Assembly (NCBI RefSeq): GCF_964355755.1
Contig: NC_092670.1
Span: forward strand, 1,788,201 to 1,852,200
Direction: 5' to 3'
Length of the DNA stretch: 64,000 nt
DNA from: Antedon mediterranea
Taxonomy: Eukaryota; Animalia; Echinodermata
Made by a program: the position numbers and the translations under genes. Positions 1 through 12,972 of the stretch are shown piece after piece. The notes below the pieces were generated by a model. It was not told the origin of the DNA. It worked only from the letters and a program-made list of their open reading frames with translations, and did no database searches. Position 1 is the stretch's first letter. Each line of letters begins with the position of its first letter.

Positions 1-180
1 TGTACAGTGTGGTTGAATCACTAACATCCAGATCTTAGTGGCAACCAAAGCACCATACCACTTAATTGGACAGCAACTGTATTAAGGTGTCTTCTTATAT
101 AATGCATGATTGTAAAATAAACATTTCTAAGTTGGTTTCTTCTGTATATTTAAGTGTATTTCATGGCATTCATAAACTGT

Positions 181-376
181 ACCATTTGGTACGATTGTCA
201 CCATATTTGGTACGATTGTCACCATATATGTGGTACGACTGTCACCATATTTGGTACGATTGTCACCATATTTGGTATGATTGTCACCATATTTGGTATG
301 ATTGTCACCATATTTGGTATGATTGTCATCATATTTGGAACAATTTTCACCATAATTTGCACTATTGTCACCATGT
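181..376. repeat. 21-bp minisatellite (tggtacgattgtcaccatatt), about 9 copies, intronic
   Basis: Tandem units read directly; they explain the periodic ORFs (WYDCHHI)n at 66-408. Confidence 0.9.
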
Positions 377-611
377 TGTGAGGTAATTTCCTGATTGATC
401 GTAATCAAAACAGTACTGGGTTTGGTCTACTAGCGTTCCTGCTCCCAACCAGTACATCCTTAATGAAGTAAGCCTACCTGGTGGTGGCCATAGAACGGTC
501 CCGAGATAACGACTATACTTCGGCTTTAGTCGATAAAAGATTGAAAAAATTGTTACAGATCGAGTATACGATGTTTGATTATGTGTTCTATAGGGAAATT
601 ACCTCACGACG

Positions 612-836
612 TTGGTACCACCATATTTGTGGTACGATTTTCACCATATTTGTGGTACGATTGTCACCATATTTGTGGTACGATTTTCACCATATTTGTG
701 GTACGATTTTCACCATATTTGTGGTACGATTGTCACCATATTTGTGGTACGATTGTCACCATATTTGTGATACGATTGTCACCATATTTTTGGTACGATT
801 GTCACCATATTTGTGGTACGATTGTCACCATATTTG
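612..836. repeat. 23-bp minisatellite (tggtacgattgtcaccatatttg), about 10 copies, related to the 181-376 array
   Basis: Same core as the upstream array plus 2 nt. Confidence 0.9.
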
Positions 837-978
837 TTTAGAAAATATAACATTGTATATTAATAACAGTAATATTTCCGGTTAAGTTGTCATATCATAG
901 GAAGTTAATTGCTAGTGTATTAAAAGCCATGACCCTTTTATATCATTGTTTGTATTCAAATGGCAAACACTCTCTCAC

Positions 979-3900
979 CTGTAAATGTGTGTGGATAGTA
1001 GTTCCACGCCTTTTCTGTCACATAAAAGAAACTGCAGATTTTGGAAAGCATTGTTTGTATCCAACCAGGTAAACGACTAAAATAAAATAAATAAAAGTTA
1101 CGGTTTTACAAAAACATACCCTACTCACTATAGATTCAATATTTATGAAAATCTGTAAACAAATCGAAAATAATCTAAAATAAAAATAAAATTTCTAGTG
1201 CTACTGTAACCAGTAAATATAATTTTTTCTGTTAAAATACTGATACAGCTAAGAACAATCAATATTTTCTTTTAACATGTTATTATAATATAAATTTGCA
1301 TAATAATTGTTGGAAAGTTTTGACATGGTCCCTAGGTCCTTAAAGCAACTTGCCCTTTAAATGAATTATTGAATGTTTTAATTAATTTATCAATATTAAT
1401 ATCCACTCTCAAAGTTCATCTTAACTATGATTACAGTGTGTACGGGGTGCAATACGAAGCACAAGTGTACTGTATTAATTAGTTTACAGTGTGGTATGGG
1501 GTGCAATACGCTGCAGAAGTGGACTGTATTAATTAGTTTACAGTGTGGTATGGGGTGCAATACGCTGCAGAAGTGGACTGTATTAATTAGTTTACAGTGT
1601 GGTACAGGGTGCATTACGCTGCAGAAGTGGACTGTATTAATTAGTTTACAGTGTGGTATGGGGTGCAATACGCAGCGCAAGTTTACTGTATTAATTAGTT
1701 TACAGTGTGGTATGAGGTGCATTACGCTGCAGAAGTGGACTGTATTAATTAGTTTACAGTGTGGTATGGGGTGCAATACGCAGCACAAGTTTGCTGTATT
1801 AATTAGTTTACAGTGTGGTATGGGCTGCAATACTCAGCACAAGTTTACTGTATTAATTAGTTTACAGTGTGGTATGGGGTGCCTTACGCTGCAGAAGTGG
1901 ACTGTATTAATTAGTTTACAGTGTGGTATGAGGTGCAATACGCAGCACAAGTTTACTGTATTAATTAGTTTACGGTGTGGTATGGGGTGCATTACGCTGC
2001 AGAAGTGGACTGTATTAATTAGTTTACAGTGTGGTATGGGGTGCAATACGCTGCAGAAGTGGACTGTATTAATTAGTTTACAGTGTGGTATGGGGTGCAA
2101 TACGCTGCAGAAGTGGACTGTATTAATTAGTTTACAGTGTGGTATGGGGTGCAATACGCTGCAGAAGTGGACTGTATTAATTAGTTTACAGTGTGGTGTG
2201 GATTACATTAAGCTGCAGAAGTGGACTGTATTAATTCATTAATTGGGTCACAATTAAGCAGTGTAATACAATTATTACTATTATTTAACACTGTTGTATA
2301 GGCACCAAAGTGTCTTTTAAAAACAAACTAACTATTAAAGTATTCCCATTTAGTTTTGTATGGGGTGCCACAAGCAGCACAGCAAGTGTTCTGGATATTA
2401 TACATGGTTCTCTTCTCTACCAAAAACATACTCATTCTTTTAGTACTCATAAAATCATCCCCCATAGTAGGAATTTTATTGCACCCTAAAGTATTGCCCA
2501 TCTTTATCATTACTTTTTTTTGCTGCAGTGGCACCCCGTAGTATTCTACTCTGAAACATTTTTACTTAATGTCGTTCAATAATTTTATTTAATGTAGCAG
2601 GAAATGGTTGCCACATTACGAGTGCATCTTCACATATTCAATTTCATTCAACAGGATGCAACACAATACAGCATTGTATTTGCATATGTCAACTATTTAG
2701 TGTATTCTTTGAAATAAAGTCAATACATGTGTATGTACTTTAGATGCTAAACAATTTAAGTGACAGTTTTTAGTCGATTAACATTTTGAATGCATAATGC
2801 TTGATGTATGTATTATATAATTGTTATAATATTCAACAAACAAATTTTTCATTTTTTTTTCCATACATTTTTTGTTTATTCTTTTCCCCTCGAAACATCT
2901 ACAGTAAAACACTCATTAAAAATATAATAACTTTAATTGAATGATTAATCAAAATAAAACTACTAATGAAATAATGGCACTTGCCGAGTGGCTCACAAAT
3001 TCCAAGGTTCAAATCCTGACCATGTCACAGTATCAGAAATGTTTGAATGGCTAATTTTAAAGACAGCACAATTTAGCAAACATGAATATTATGGCAAGTC
3101 ATGTGATAGCACATTTTAATGTCTCATGACCAACAATTGGATCATAAAAATAATTGTTCCCTTAATAATCTGCAATTTTATAGATTAATAAAAGTCTGGA
3201 AGTCAACCGTTTTGGGTAAATTTAACCATTTACTTTGTGAAGTGAATTAACATTACAATATGGCATATTTAAAGTTTGATTTTATTAATCTGTAGTGTAA
3301 ACTGTTCATACATAGATTATCTTAAAAAAAATATATATAGTGTTTAATAATAATATGAAACGTATGGAACACGAAATGTAAGGAAAATAAGGAAGCCCAG
3401 CTCTGCATAAATGTAACCAACCATGTGTATAATGAAATGAGGCTCTGGACAGTATTACTATAAGAAGATAATGATGATGATGATAAGCAGTAATTTTATT
3501 AAATTATAATAAACTTATCTTACTTAGATATATAGATACGCTTTTCCGTAAATTGACCAGCACCGTGTACTTCATGTTGGCATGGTTCGTTCTTGACCAC
3601 CTCAACACCCTCGCCGTTTGACGACTGTTCATCGCTGTGTTTCGCTATCATATACAACTGTCCAACTTTGTACTGAAAGTATACAAAAGAACAAGCATTA
3701 ATTATTTTAAAGTATGCCTCAATCTCATGGAAAGCTTAAATACCCTATGATCATTTAAATCTATTTTACACCTCCAGGCTTCATATTATGCTCTAAAACT
3801 TGTCAGCCCCTCCTCCCTCCACACAATAAAAAGTAAGTGTGATTGGTGCAGAAGTGTAAGGAGTGAATGGCCGATGCATCTGACTGTCTGCCCAGCCATC

Positions 3901-5281
3901 AGTAAGCAACAACTTATAAATATAAATAAGCAAATTAGACTAATATTATAGTACTAGCATAAGCCTAGGCCTGGCCTTAGTTGAAGTTAAGGCGCTAGTT
4001 CCGTTTCGCACCTGTCGTTTATTTCGACTCAAAATTGGTTAAGTAACTTTATCGTGAGTACCACACCTTAGAATTAGGCCTCAAAAATATTTTTACGAAG
4101 GAGATCACACAAAAAGTAAAAAATAAATCCTTTAAATTGATGAATTTACAGACGTGTTTCTCGCACATCGGTTCGTGAATTTCGCATATACTCCATGTTC
4201 AATGTTGTTGTTTCTATGGAGCGCCAAAAGAGCAATCATAATAGAGGGCTAAAAACTCAAGAAATTGCGTATATTTAATGCATTTGTTGGTGAAAATTAC
4301 GTTCAATTTTATCATATTTTGTCAATGTCAATGCAACAAAAATATTACTGTTGATACTGTACATGGTTTTTGCAGGAACTTTTAAGAATGAAAATCGACA
4401 AATTCATCATCTTATTACATGTACTGTGTAGGGGTATACCTATTACCTGATCTAAATAATATTCCTCTTAGTCTTAGTAAGACTGACTAAGAGGTTACTT
4501 ACTCTTAGTTAGGTCTAGGGTTGGTTGCTATTTGAAAACAGCAAATTATTAGCAGTAAAATGTTACAGCATTTTTATTGACAAAATATATTAAAATCAAA
4601 CGTGTATTTCAATAATAAATGCATTAAAAGAAGACGCATTCCACTGAGTTTTTAACCATCTATATTGTTGTTGCTCTTTTGGCGCTCCATAGAAACGAAA
4701 ATATTGAACTTCGAGTACGCTAAATTCGCGAACGGTATGCGAGAAACATGTCTGTAAAAAAATCATCAATTTAAGGATTTATTAGTTACTTTTTATGTGA
4801 TTCTTCTTCATAAAAGTACTTATGAGGCCCAATTTTAAGGTGTGGTATTCACAATAAGTTGCTTAACAATTTGGAGTCAAAAGGAAGTCGAAATAAAAAC
4901 AGGTGCGAAACGGAACTAGCGCCGAAGTTAATAAGCCAGGCCCATTCCTAAATACAAATACAATACGTTTTATTTCTTAGAAAGAAATAGTCTAATATAT
5001 AAGATTTGAAACAAATGACATACACAAACAACTGACATACACAAACAACTTTTTAAAAGTGTATAGCCTAGGTTAGGCCTATAGCTAAACTTCAGCCAAA
5101 AAGGGCAGTTCAATCAACTCATACCCCGCAGCGCAGAACACTCACACACGAAACTGTACGCTAGCTGCTTCTCTATATAAAACGTATCCGTTTATCATAT
5201 TGAGCAAAATAACTGATTTAAAATACAGCTTACCTCTTCTACAGTCAAAGGCATACATATCCGATACTCTTTAAGCATCAT
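979..5281 (-). CDS. PITPNC1: Cytoplasmic phosphatidylinositol transfer protein (RdgB-beta type), first three coding exons; continues beyond the left edge
   Basis: Exons 5281-5234 (MMLKEYRICMPLTVEE), 3672-3524 (YKVGQLYMIAKHSDEQSSNGEGVEVVKNEP...GQFTEKRIYIS) and 1076-979 (RLPGWIQ...FYVTEKAWNYYPHTFT). All are GT-AG and phase-compatible, and they match the PITPNC1 N-terminus. Not in the ORF track. Confidence 0.93.
1431..2235. repeat. 54-bp minisatellite, about 15 copies, PITPNC1 intron 2
   Basis: Unit tttacagtgtggtatggggtgcaatacgctgcagaagtggactgtattaattag, with an interspersed variant (cagcacaagttt). Confidence 0.95.
3991..4923. mobile_element. Non-autonomous foldback DNA transposon with long imperfect TIRs (about 350 bp) and 8-bp TSD
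   Basis: Termini ggcgctagttccgtttcgcacct / aggtgcgaaacggaactagcgcc; gaagttaa on both flanks (3983-3990, 4924-4931). Confidence 0.9.
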
Positions 5282-8022
5282 ATTGATTATTCTGAGTGTT
5301 TCTACCAATTATTAAAACTGTTGAAACTCAGCGACAGTGTTACTCTACTGTTTTTTGAGTTGACGGTGTGAAATGATGGGTTTTGTTATGACACTTTGAA
5401 AACGATAGATGGCGCTATATCATTTTGTGATAAAAACATTTTTCACACTTTTTAATATTTTTTTAGGGGAAATGGCGAAATCAGCACTGTGGTCATGTTA
5501 CAAGAGTTGTGAAAACAATATAGATTATCTGATAAAACTTCTAAAAAAAAGGAAGTCTTTTGTCACTTTTCCTGTTTTCTCGAAATTCTCAGGCATCGAC
5601 GTGATTCATTTACATAAATTTGTATTATTGACTGCACTAGGAGTACTTATTTGTTTATTAATTGTTTACCATACAAAGTGTGGTGTGGTATTTATTATAC
5701 ATATTTAAATTATACAGAGCAATGCTGTAATACAATTATCCATCATTTTATGTTACTACATATTTATAATAAAATAATATAAAACAAATAAGTAAATAAA
5801 TAAAATAATGTAAAAAATAAATCAAAACAATCAAAACTAAACCCAAAACCAGTTGTGAATACTGCCACCACAGCAACTAGTTCGTGATAATCAACATGAT
5901 GAGTGCGGGAACTCAGAATGATGAAGATGAAGAATTATTTTGTTCATTTTATATTTATGTCAACTATCTTTAAAAAGGGTTCCAGTTTAGCCCAGTGGGT
6001 TAATTGATGTTAAGTGGCCTTCTTTAATCAAATTAAAATACATTTAAAAAAACATTTCACAATAACAAGCATTTATACTAAACATTAAATTAGGAATTAT
6101 AGTATCCTAAAAAGGATATATCTATTTATTGATATATATTATGACTATGATTTTTAATATTTTGCCTATAGAAACGTACAGTATGACATCACTATATGGT
6201 TAGTATGTTATACCGTATTAGGTAAATAATACAATCAGCTAGTCAGACATTTAGGTCTATTATGCCAATGTGTGTTGAAATAAACATTACATTTCTGTTT
6301 TGTTTAAAAAAACTCTTGATATCAGGTAAAAAACATAAAAAGCCTCCCCAGCACGACCTCACCCACCTCCCCTCCCTCAGAGAAAATATCTGCCCAACTA
6401 CACGTCACATACCTATAATTACAGGTTGGAAGTGATCGTCTGAACGTGTTTATTTAACCTTTCACATGTATACATAACAGCAACAAATAGTGCAATAATT
6501 TATCATACCTGTTAATTAGATTATAAGACACATTGTATTACTTTAATAAATTAGTATCGTCGGCTTTCATGGCCATATATTACCATATTCATTACAAACT
6601 ATTAACAAAACATGTAATTTAGTGCATCTGAGAGACACGTGCCGACACTTCAATCGGTTCGCAAAAGGGAATAAATGCTACTTGACCTCCGTTAGTGAAA
6701 TAGTATTCTGTATAATGAATGCGTGGACCTTCAACTACACCTTCTGATATTTCCACACAAAAATAATAGCACACTCGATATATTATAACAGATTTTTTAA
6801 TTTCTTTTTCCTAACTGACTGTTTATAATTGTTATGAATTAATGATTAACCATAATAAAACAGTGTGTGTATCGTTACCATGGAAAGTAACACCTGAAAC
6901 GAGTTTAAAGTACTCTCGTTACTGTCAAAAATATTTACTTTCAACACTAAATTAATTATCATACAATACCAAAGTTCGTATACAAAACAGTACTATGAAC
7001 ACCACCACCGAAGTATTGTCGATAAACCGGATGTGCGTCCACCTAAAGCACGCGCATATCGGAAGTGCGTGGGAATTATTCATGTAATTGCGCGTGGACC
7101 GGAAGAGCGCACATTGTGTACTATTATACGTGCGCGTAAACCCAATACGCATGCACACAGATATGATAAATAGCCGGTGTGTTTTTTTTTCGCACGGCTC
7201 TCTATCCACACTTTTGACACTGACAGTACATGTTTATACTGTATCTTGCTTATCATTATGTTTGTATTGTGTCAAACACGTCACTTTATAAAAGAAATAA
7301 TCTAGCTTTCGTATAAACCGTCCTTTGGGGGTTTGCTTACAAGAGATTCAGTGTGTTTTATGTACATAGTAACGCGTGACGAAACAAGCGTCTTTCGACG
7401 AATCAAAGCAATTTGATTGATTGAGCAACCACAAAACCGCTGGTTTGTTGTATAAACTGGTATTGCACGAAGGCATAGTAGACGAAGATAGCAGTGCTGT
7501 TTGTAATCATAATACATTTATAATAGACCTACTTAACAAGCTTTGTTCATCTCGGTGGCTAACAGTTCTCCATAGATCATCATCAGTTAAAGTTGTTTGA
7601 TTTCTCAGCATTTAACCAACCACCTATACTATTTATTCAGTATCATTGAGTTTTTTTTCGCACTTTACGTTGAGCAATATAAGGACACTAAACTCAGAAC
7701 CTACAGTACTGTATTCGGATTTCAGCGAGTCTTGTGGATTTTTACTTAATTTTGTTCAACTAAACTGATTGCTTCAATCAACAAAATCGAACTTCAGACG
7801 TTCAAATATTTCGATAGTGCAACAACCGCCATACTTCTGCTGGATATTATACGACAATGCACGATTCATCACTATTTTAGATAGTTAAACATTACCACCA
7901 TCTGGCTACAATGAGTAGGCCTACTGTATTCTTCATTTGATAGAATTAAACAGTTATATTTCCGTAGTGACGACTATTTAGCAGTGTACGTTTCATGTAC
8001 TATTTCGTCTTTTCGGCAGTCA

Positions 8023-8151
8023 ATTTAGTGTCATTTTGACACTAGTACATCCACATTTTAGTGTCACTTCGATACTTGTACAACCACATTTTAGTGTCAT
8101 TTCGACACTTGTACAACCACATGTTAGTGTCATTTCGACACTAGTACAACC
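8023..8151. repeat. Tandem repeat of about 33 bp, 4 copies, each with an internal palindrome (agtgtc-atttc-gacact)
   Basis: Read directly. Confidence 0.8.
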
Positions 8152-8448
8152 AGGAAGCTTATTCACGTTAAATTACACTTTTACATTGTTTGCAGCAAAT
8201 GTTTTCTGATTTAGTTTCATTTTCCGTGAAATATGTGTCAAATAAACCCGGAATTAATACATAAACACATGAATTGTGGTTGTGGCTGTTGGTATAGAGA
8301 TGCAGATTGTTTATAGACAACAGGTTGTGTTCAAAACAGACAACCATTATATTACTTGTCATTCATATTCAGTTGTTAAATTCAGGAAACGTTACAACAA
8401 CAATTACATCGACCTGACCCAAGCTTGACACGTGTTTTAGTCTAAACT

Positions 8449-8462
8449 GTTACCACGGAAAC
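8449..8462. promoter_or_regulatory. Candidate RFX X-box (gttaccacggaaac)
   Basis: Close to the X-box consensus GTTNCCATGGNAAC; similar sites at 6874-6887 and 9169-9182. Confidence 0.4.
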
Positions 8463-8683
8463 GATCGACGCATAAAATATTCAGCGAAGGTAAATCATCC
8501 GGAAAAAAATTCGTTTTAAAATTATTTGGTGCGTGTTCAATAGTAATCGATAAGTCTATAATAAGAAAGCCGCTAAACAAACAGAGACATATTAACTCTC
8601 GTCGTCGAGATTAATTGCAGAATATGACCTAAATACAGCTCTTTACAAAATTGTCAGATAATTTACATATCATATTTCACATA

Positions 8684-8938
8684 TAAAGCTTATATTACGT
8701 TTGGAGTAAAGCTTATATTACGTTTGGAGTAAAGCTTATATTACGTTTGGAGTAAAGCTTATATTACGTTTGGAGTAAAGCCTATATTACGTTTGGAGTA
8801 AGGCTTATATTACGTTAATTTGGAGTAAAGCATATATTACGTTTGTAGTAAAGCTTATATTACGTTTGGAGTAAAGCATATATTACGTTTGGAGTAAAGC
8901 ATATATTACGTTTGGAGTAAAGCATATAACGTTTGGAA
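8684..8938. repeat. 23-bp minisatellite (aaagcttatattacgtttggagt), about 11 copies
   Basis: Read directly. Confidence 0.92.
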
Positions 8939-9249
8939 TACCGTAAGCCTATATTCAGCAGTCAAATTAAATTCTCAGTCGTCATTTTTACACTACAGCG
9001 TTTTATAGATCCGTGTTGCTATTTCAAAATATTCGGAGCCATAGTTTTGAAGAAATTTAAAAAAAAAGTCCGGTGAACTTTTATTCATGAACACAGAAAA
9101 AGCATTGTTGAGTATAATAACTGGGATATTTACGACCTTGTATGACGCCATGGGGATACTTATGATCGGTTACCATGGGCTTGTTTTGAGTGTTTAACCC
9201 CGTTGCGAGGTATAACATTTTATTTTAGTGTTTTCCTTCTTACTCTACA

Positions 9250-10749
9250 ATGTCGAGTAGATTGTTTAACGCCGTGGCAGCCATACGTTACCGTCAAATT
9301 GAAATACTGCTTCAATGTGGAGTAAATGTGAACAGTAAAAACCATGAAGGTAAAAACGTGTTAATGATGGCGTGCGATTTAGCAGACCATAAAAAACGGT
9401 ACAAAATGTTCCGGTATTTGATTCAGAAAGGAGCAGACGAGTTTGAAACTAGCCATGATGGAGTGAGCGTCTTCCAGTACGCTTGTAAAACCGGAAGGAA
9501 AAAGATTGTGAAACGAATGATGAAAGAGAGAGGACTACACGTCGTGCACTTGTCGTGTAAAGATAACAACAACAGATCAGCTTTGTATCATTCGGTTTTA
9601 AGTGGTGATATAGATATTGTACGTTTAGTAACCATTGCCATGAGGAATCAGAATATACCCATTGATCAGGTTGACACGGAAGGCAACACGCCATTGATCA
9701 TGGCGTATAAACTAAAGTTTCCCAAAATAGCGGAATTGTTGATGGATGAGGGAAAGGCTAACCCAAGAATATGCGACCGACAGCGTCACCTTAGCGCGAC
9801 CGAATGGGCCGAGGTGTGTCAAAATGAATTAGAGGAGGAAAGGCTGAAGAAGACTGAAAAACACCGCGAGAGGAGAATGATCTTCCCACGACTTGATCAT
9901 GTTGTTTTTAGAAGGAAGCAGGCCAAGAAAAGACAACTGGCTGCTTATAGTTTACCAATGGTTGATGAGTCAAATATGAATAGTACCTCAAGGTATGATA
10001 ACTATTCAGGAGTGAATATACATGGCCGTATGTACCCACACATTGGGAAGACGACCTCTTGGTCGGATAACCACGGACAAACACAGACTTCTGAAAGTTC
10101 CGTGTACACACACGTAACTAGAGGCAACCAGACGCAGCAGTCATCCATTCGCGGGAAATCTATTGATTCCGCTATGGAGCTGTTAGAGCTTGCCTCGAGA
10201 GGTGGGGGTAAAAGACACTATGCAACGGAATTTGTTGGCAGCGAACTAGATACCACCAAAGTACTAGCTAATGGCGGTATTATCACCAGTATGATGGACA
10301 CTTATTCCGTTCAGAATTCTCAATCTTTTAGAAAGACTGTTAAACCACAACCTAAGCCTGTTCCGCACGTACCTCCACCAAAGGAAACCAAGAAACGCGT
10401 ATCAACTCTTGCCATCATCATGAGTAGAGGAGGTCGATCGGGGTCACGGGCTACACGGAAGGGATCCAGATCATCAATAAAGGTTTCCCAAAACCAAAAT
10501 AGGCCTAGCAGTCGCCAAAGAAAACACAGTAAACACCGTTTACCCAAACAACCATCAGCATCAAACGAGCCCATAGTTCGAGATGATAAACCAGCGACAG
10601 AGTCCGATGACGTCACTACTAGACATTCTCTAGAACAAATTCCTGAAGAAGAGAGAACATCGCGAAAAAGACATTCTAAAAATCCTTCGCACAAGGATCA
10701 CCAGTTTCCAAGTATAGGAATGCGTCTTGTGACGCAGGGTGTCAGGTGA
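9250..10749 (+). CDS. Ankyrin-repeat protein (about 5 N-terminal ANK repeats, basic disordered C-terminus; ANKRD34/ANKRD63-like layout), single coding exon
   Basis: 499-aa ORF with ANK motifs GVNVNSKNHEGKNVLMMAC, NNRSALYHSV and DTEGNTPLIMA; acceptor-like ttttattttag about 20 nt before the ATG. Confidence 0.88.
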   Translation: MSSRLFNAVAAIRYRQIEILLQCGVNVNSKNHEGKNVLMMACDLADHKKRYKMFRYLIQKGADEFETSHDGVSVFQYACKTGRKKIVKRMMKERGLHVVHLSCKDNNNRSALYHSVLSGDIDIVRLVTIAMRNQNIPIDQVDTEGNTPLIMAYKLKFPKIAELLMDEGKANPRICDRQRHLSATEWAEVCQNELEEERLKKTEKHRERRMIFPRLDHVVFRRKQAKKRQLAAYSLPMVDESNMNSTSRYDNYSGVNIHGRMYPHIGKTTSWSDNHGQTQTSESSVYTHVTRGNQTQQSSIRGKSIDSAMELLELASRGGGKRHYATEFVGSELDTTKVLANGGIITSMMDTYSVQNSQSFRKTVKPQPKPVPHVPPPKETKKRVSTLAIIMSRGGRSGSRATRKGSRSSIKVSQNQNRPSSRQRKHSKHRLPKQPSASNEPIVRDDKPATESDDVTTRHSLEQIPEEERTSRKRHSKNPSHKDHQFPSIGMRLVTQGVR

Positions 10750-10877
10750 TAATAACATCTGTAGCTTCACTGTTGATGGTAACAACAAACTACCGTGTTC
10801 ATTTCATCATAGATGACATTGCCCACTGATCGCGTACCGTAAAACGGCGGCCAGTCTTTACGCACATTTGTCAATAA

Positions 10878-11035
10878 AGCGTGGTTCCCACTAGCGACGC
10901 AACGCAAGGACGTAACGCAACGCAAGTGAATTGACCAATCACACGCGGCTGTTCGAATAAACCATCGCTTGAGATTGGTCAAACCACTTTGCGTTGCGTT
11001 ACGTACTCGCGATGCGTCCTAGTGGGAACCAAGCT
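10878..11035. mobile_element. Palindromic MITE (PIF/Harbinger-like), probably in the 3' UTR of the ankyrin gene
   Basis: TIRs agcgtggttcccactag / ctagtgggaaccaagct; self-complementary over most of its length; flanks taa/tca. Confidence 0.8.
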
Positions 11036-12292
11036 TCAGAGCTTTGTAATCATACCTTATCATGTCAGTTTATAAACGTAGCAGTAAAACAATGTTCAAA
11101 AATATTAAATTGTTGCCAATTGATTTGAATGTAATATAATAATTAAATAAAATTAGAACATTTAAAAAAAAAGAATATGTAGGCCTACGGGAAAGTTCTT
11201 TCTGTTGGTGAATTATTGGCCCGGGGCCATTTTTACTTGAATAAAAGGAAATATTGTTTAATGGATGATAGTAAATGTTGTTTTAAAATTACTGTACATT
11301 CAAAATGTAAAAGAAACTCTACCGGAATATAAACAAATAATTACAACATCGTGAGACATTCAACGGGGTATTTTAATCGTTTTTGTGTGTGGTATTTTCT
11401 GGTTATTTTACTTCTATATACATAATCACAATATAAGTGGGGTATCATAACAATTGACATTTTACGCCGACTTTATGAATAGATTTGTTAATAATAGCTT
11501 TCGTTATTTGTGATTCTTCAACAGAACTATAGGGGATATTATCGACATTCCCTGTACTTCCAGGGAGGTAATTAAAATCATGTTTTAAAATGCCATGACA
11601 CTTACACATCGATTTTTAAAAATAACAAAATATTAATTTGAGTCATATCCTGTTAACACTATCATTCATTTAACAGAATGTAGAAAGTTTATATCAACAT
11701 CGCTTGTCACCGCACTCACAATTGGTTTATTTTCTCTTTCGTTCTGCTTATTTTTTTTTATAAATCGGTATTTCGAGAAAGTAAGATCGGTTTTCGTCGT
11801 GGTTATTATGTCACCATCTCCACTCTATTCAGTATACGACCTGTTTGTTTTGCATTTATTGTATTTACATTTTATCGTACTACAGGGGGTAAAATCAATA
11901 TCTCTTGCTCTACAAAAATTATAAATGATTGTAAATGACTTTACTAAACACATACCGACTACTGTATTCTTATCCCAAAAATAATTTATTCACGTTTTTG
12001 ATTACTTAAAATGAAACATATCAAGGCTTGTTATCGTGAAGATCGTTAGTAGATACTTAGCCGAGTCTAACGCGTCGTTGTCCAGACAACTAAGGGGTGC
12101 ATTAAAATGTTAGTGTTTGTATTATGATAACAAAGGTTTTAAAGGGCAATGCTAAATGTATCACCTTTTATTAATAGGTTTCAAGTATGTATGATGTTCT
12201 GATACTTTGATTCCACTAAATACAATAATATGAATAATCACAGGCGATGCATTATCCCCATCTGAACTATCGCTTGATTGGTCAAATTATGC

Positions 12293-12486
12293 TGCGTGTA
12301 CACGCTCTTGCATTGCGCGTACACTCCCTTGCATTGCGCGTACACTCCCTTGCATTGCGCGTACACTCCCTTGCATTGCGCGTACACTCCCTTGCATTGC
12401 GCGTACACTCCCTTGCATTGCGCGTACACTCCCTTGCATTGCGCGTACACTCCCTTGCATTGCGCGTACACTCCCTTGCATTGCGT
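12293..12486. repeat. 21-bp minisatellite (gcgtacactcccttgcattgc), about 9 near-identical copies
   Basis: Read directly; explains four overlapping periodic ORFs. Confidence 0.95.
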
Positions 12487-12972
12487 CCAAAATGTGATAT
12501 ATAGAATACTTACAAGGCATTTTATTTGAAAAATGAAAAATCAGTTGTGAATAAAGTTTTGATGCTCTACAGAAGCACCTTACACCATTTTCAGCAAAAT
12601 AAAAATAACTTGTTGCTATCCATAACACATCATGTAAACAAACAACACAATAGATAACCAATCTACTACTGATAATGTGTATATTTAAATAAATATATTA
12701 ATATATTTCACAATGTTTATATTATACAATAAATAAGAGTAAACTGTATCAATTTCACAATTTTCTGGTGAGACTCCACTCTTTTCCTGAGATAAAAGGT
12801 GAGGATTTGAACCCCGGATATCTGGATAACACGCCACAATGTCACTTTGAAATGCAATACATTAATACGTTTATTTGTCTTCATAAACCAATTTTTGGTT
12901 GACAGATATAAAGTACAAAAACTGACTAAAAAACAACAAAAGGTTTAACACAGTAACATTTACAATCGCGTT

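Noticed and set aside
1-978. Next PITPNC1 exon, possibly a micro-exon
   Set aside because: Could not be placed confidently; may lie outside the window.
66-2242. Cys/His-rich periodic ORFs
   Set aside because: Translations of intronic minisatellites, open on both strands.
2977-3020. tRNA-like A/B boxes (gccgagtgg...ggttcaaatcc); a similar B box on the minus strand near 12805
   Set aside because: No cloverleaf can be built; at most SINE remnants.
10320-10694. Antisense ORFs over the ankyrin gene (similar shadows lie over chitinase and Gypsy exons)
   Set aside because: Shadow frames of real coding sequence.
12238-12661. Four overlapping heptapeptide-repeat ORFs
   Set aside because: Artefacts of a stop-free 21-bp repeat.
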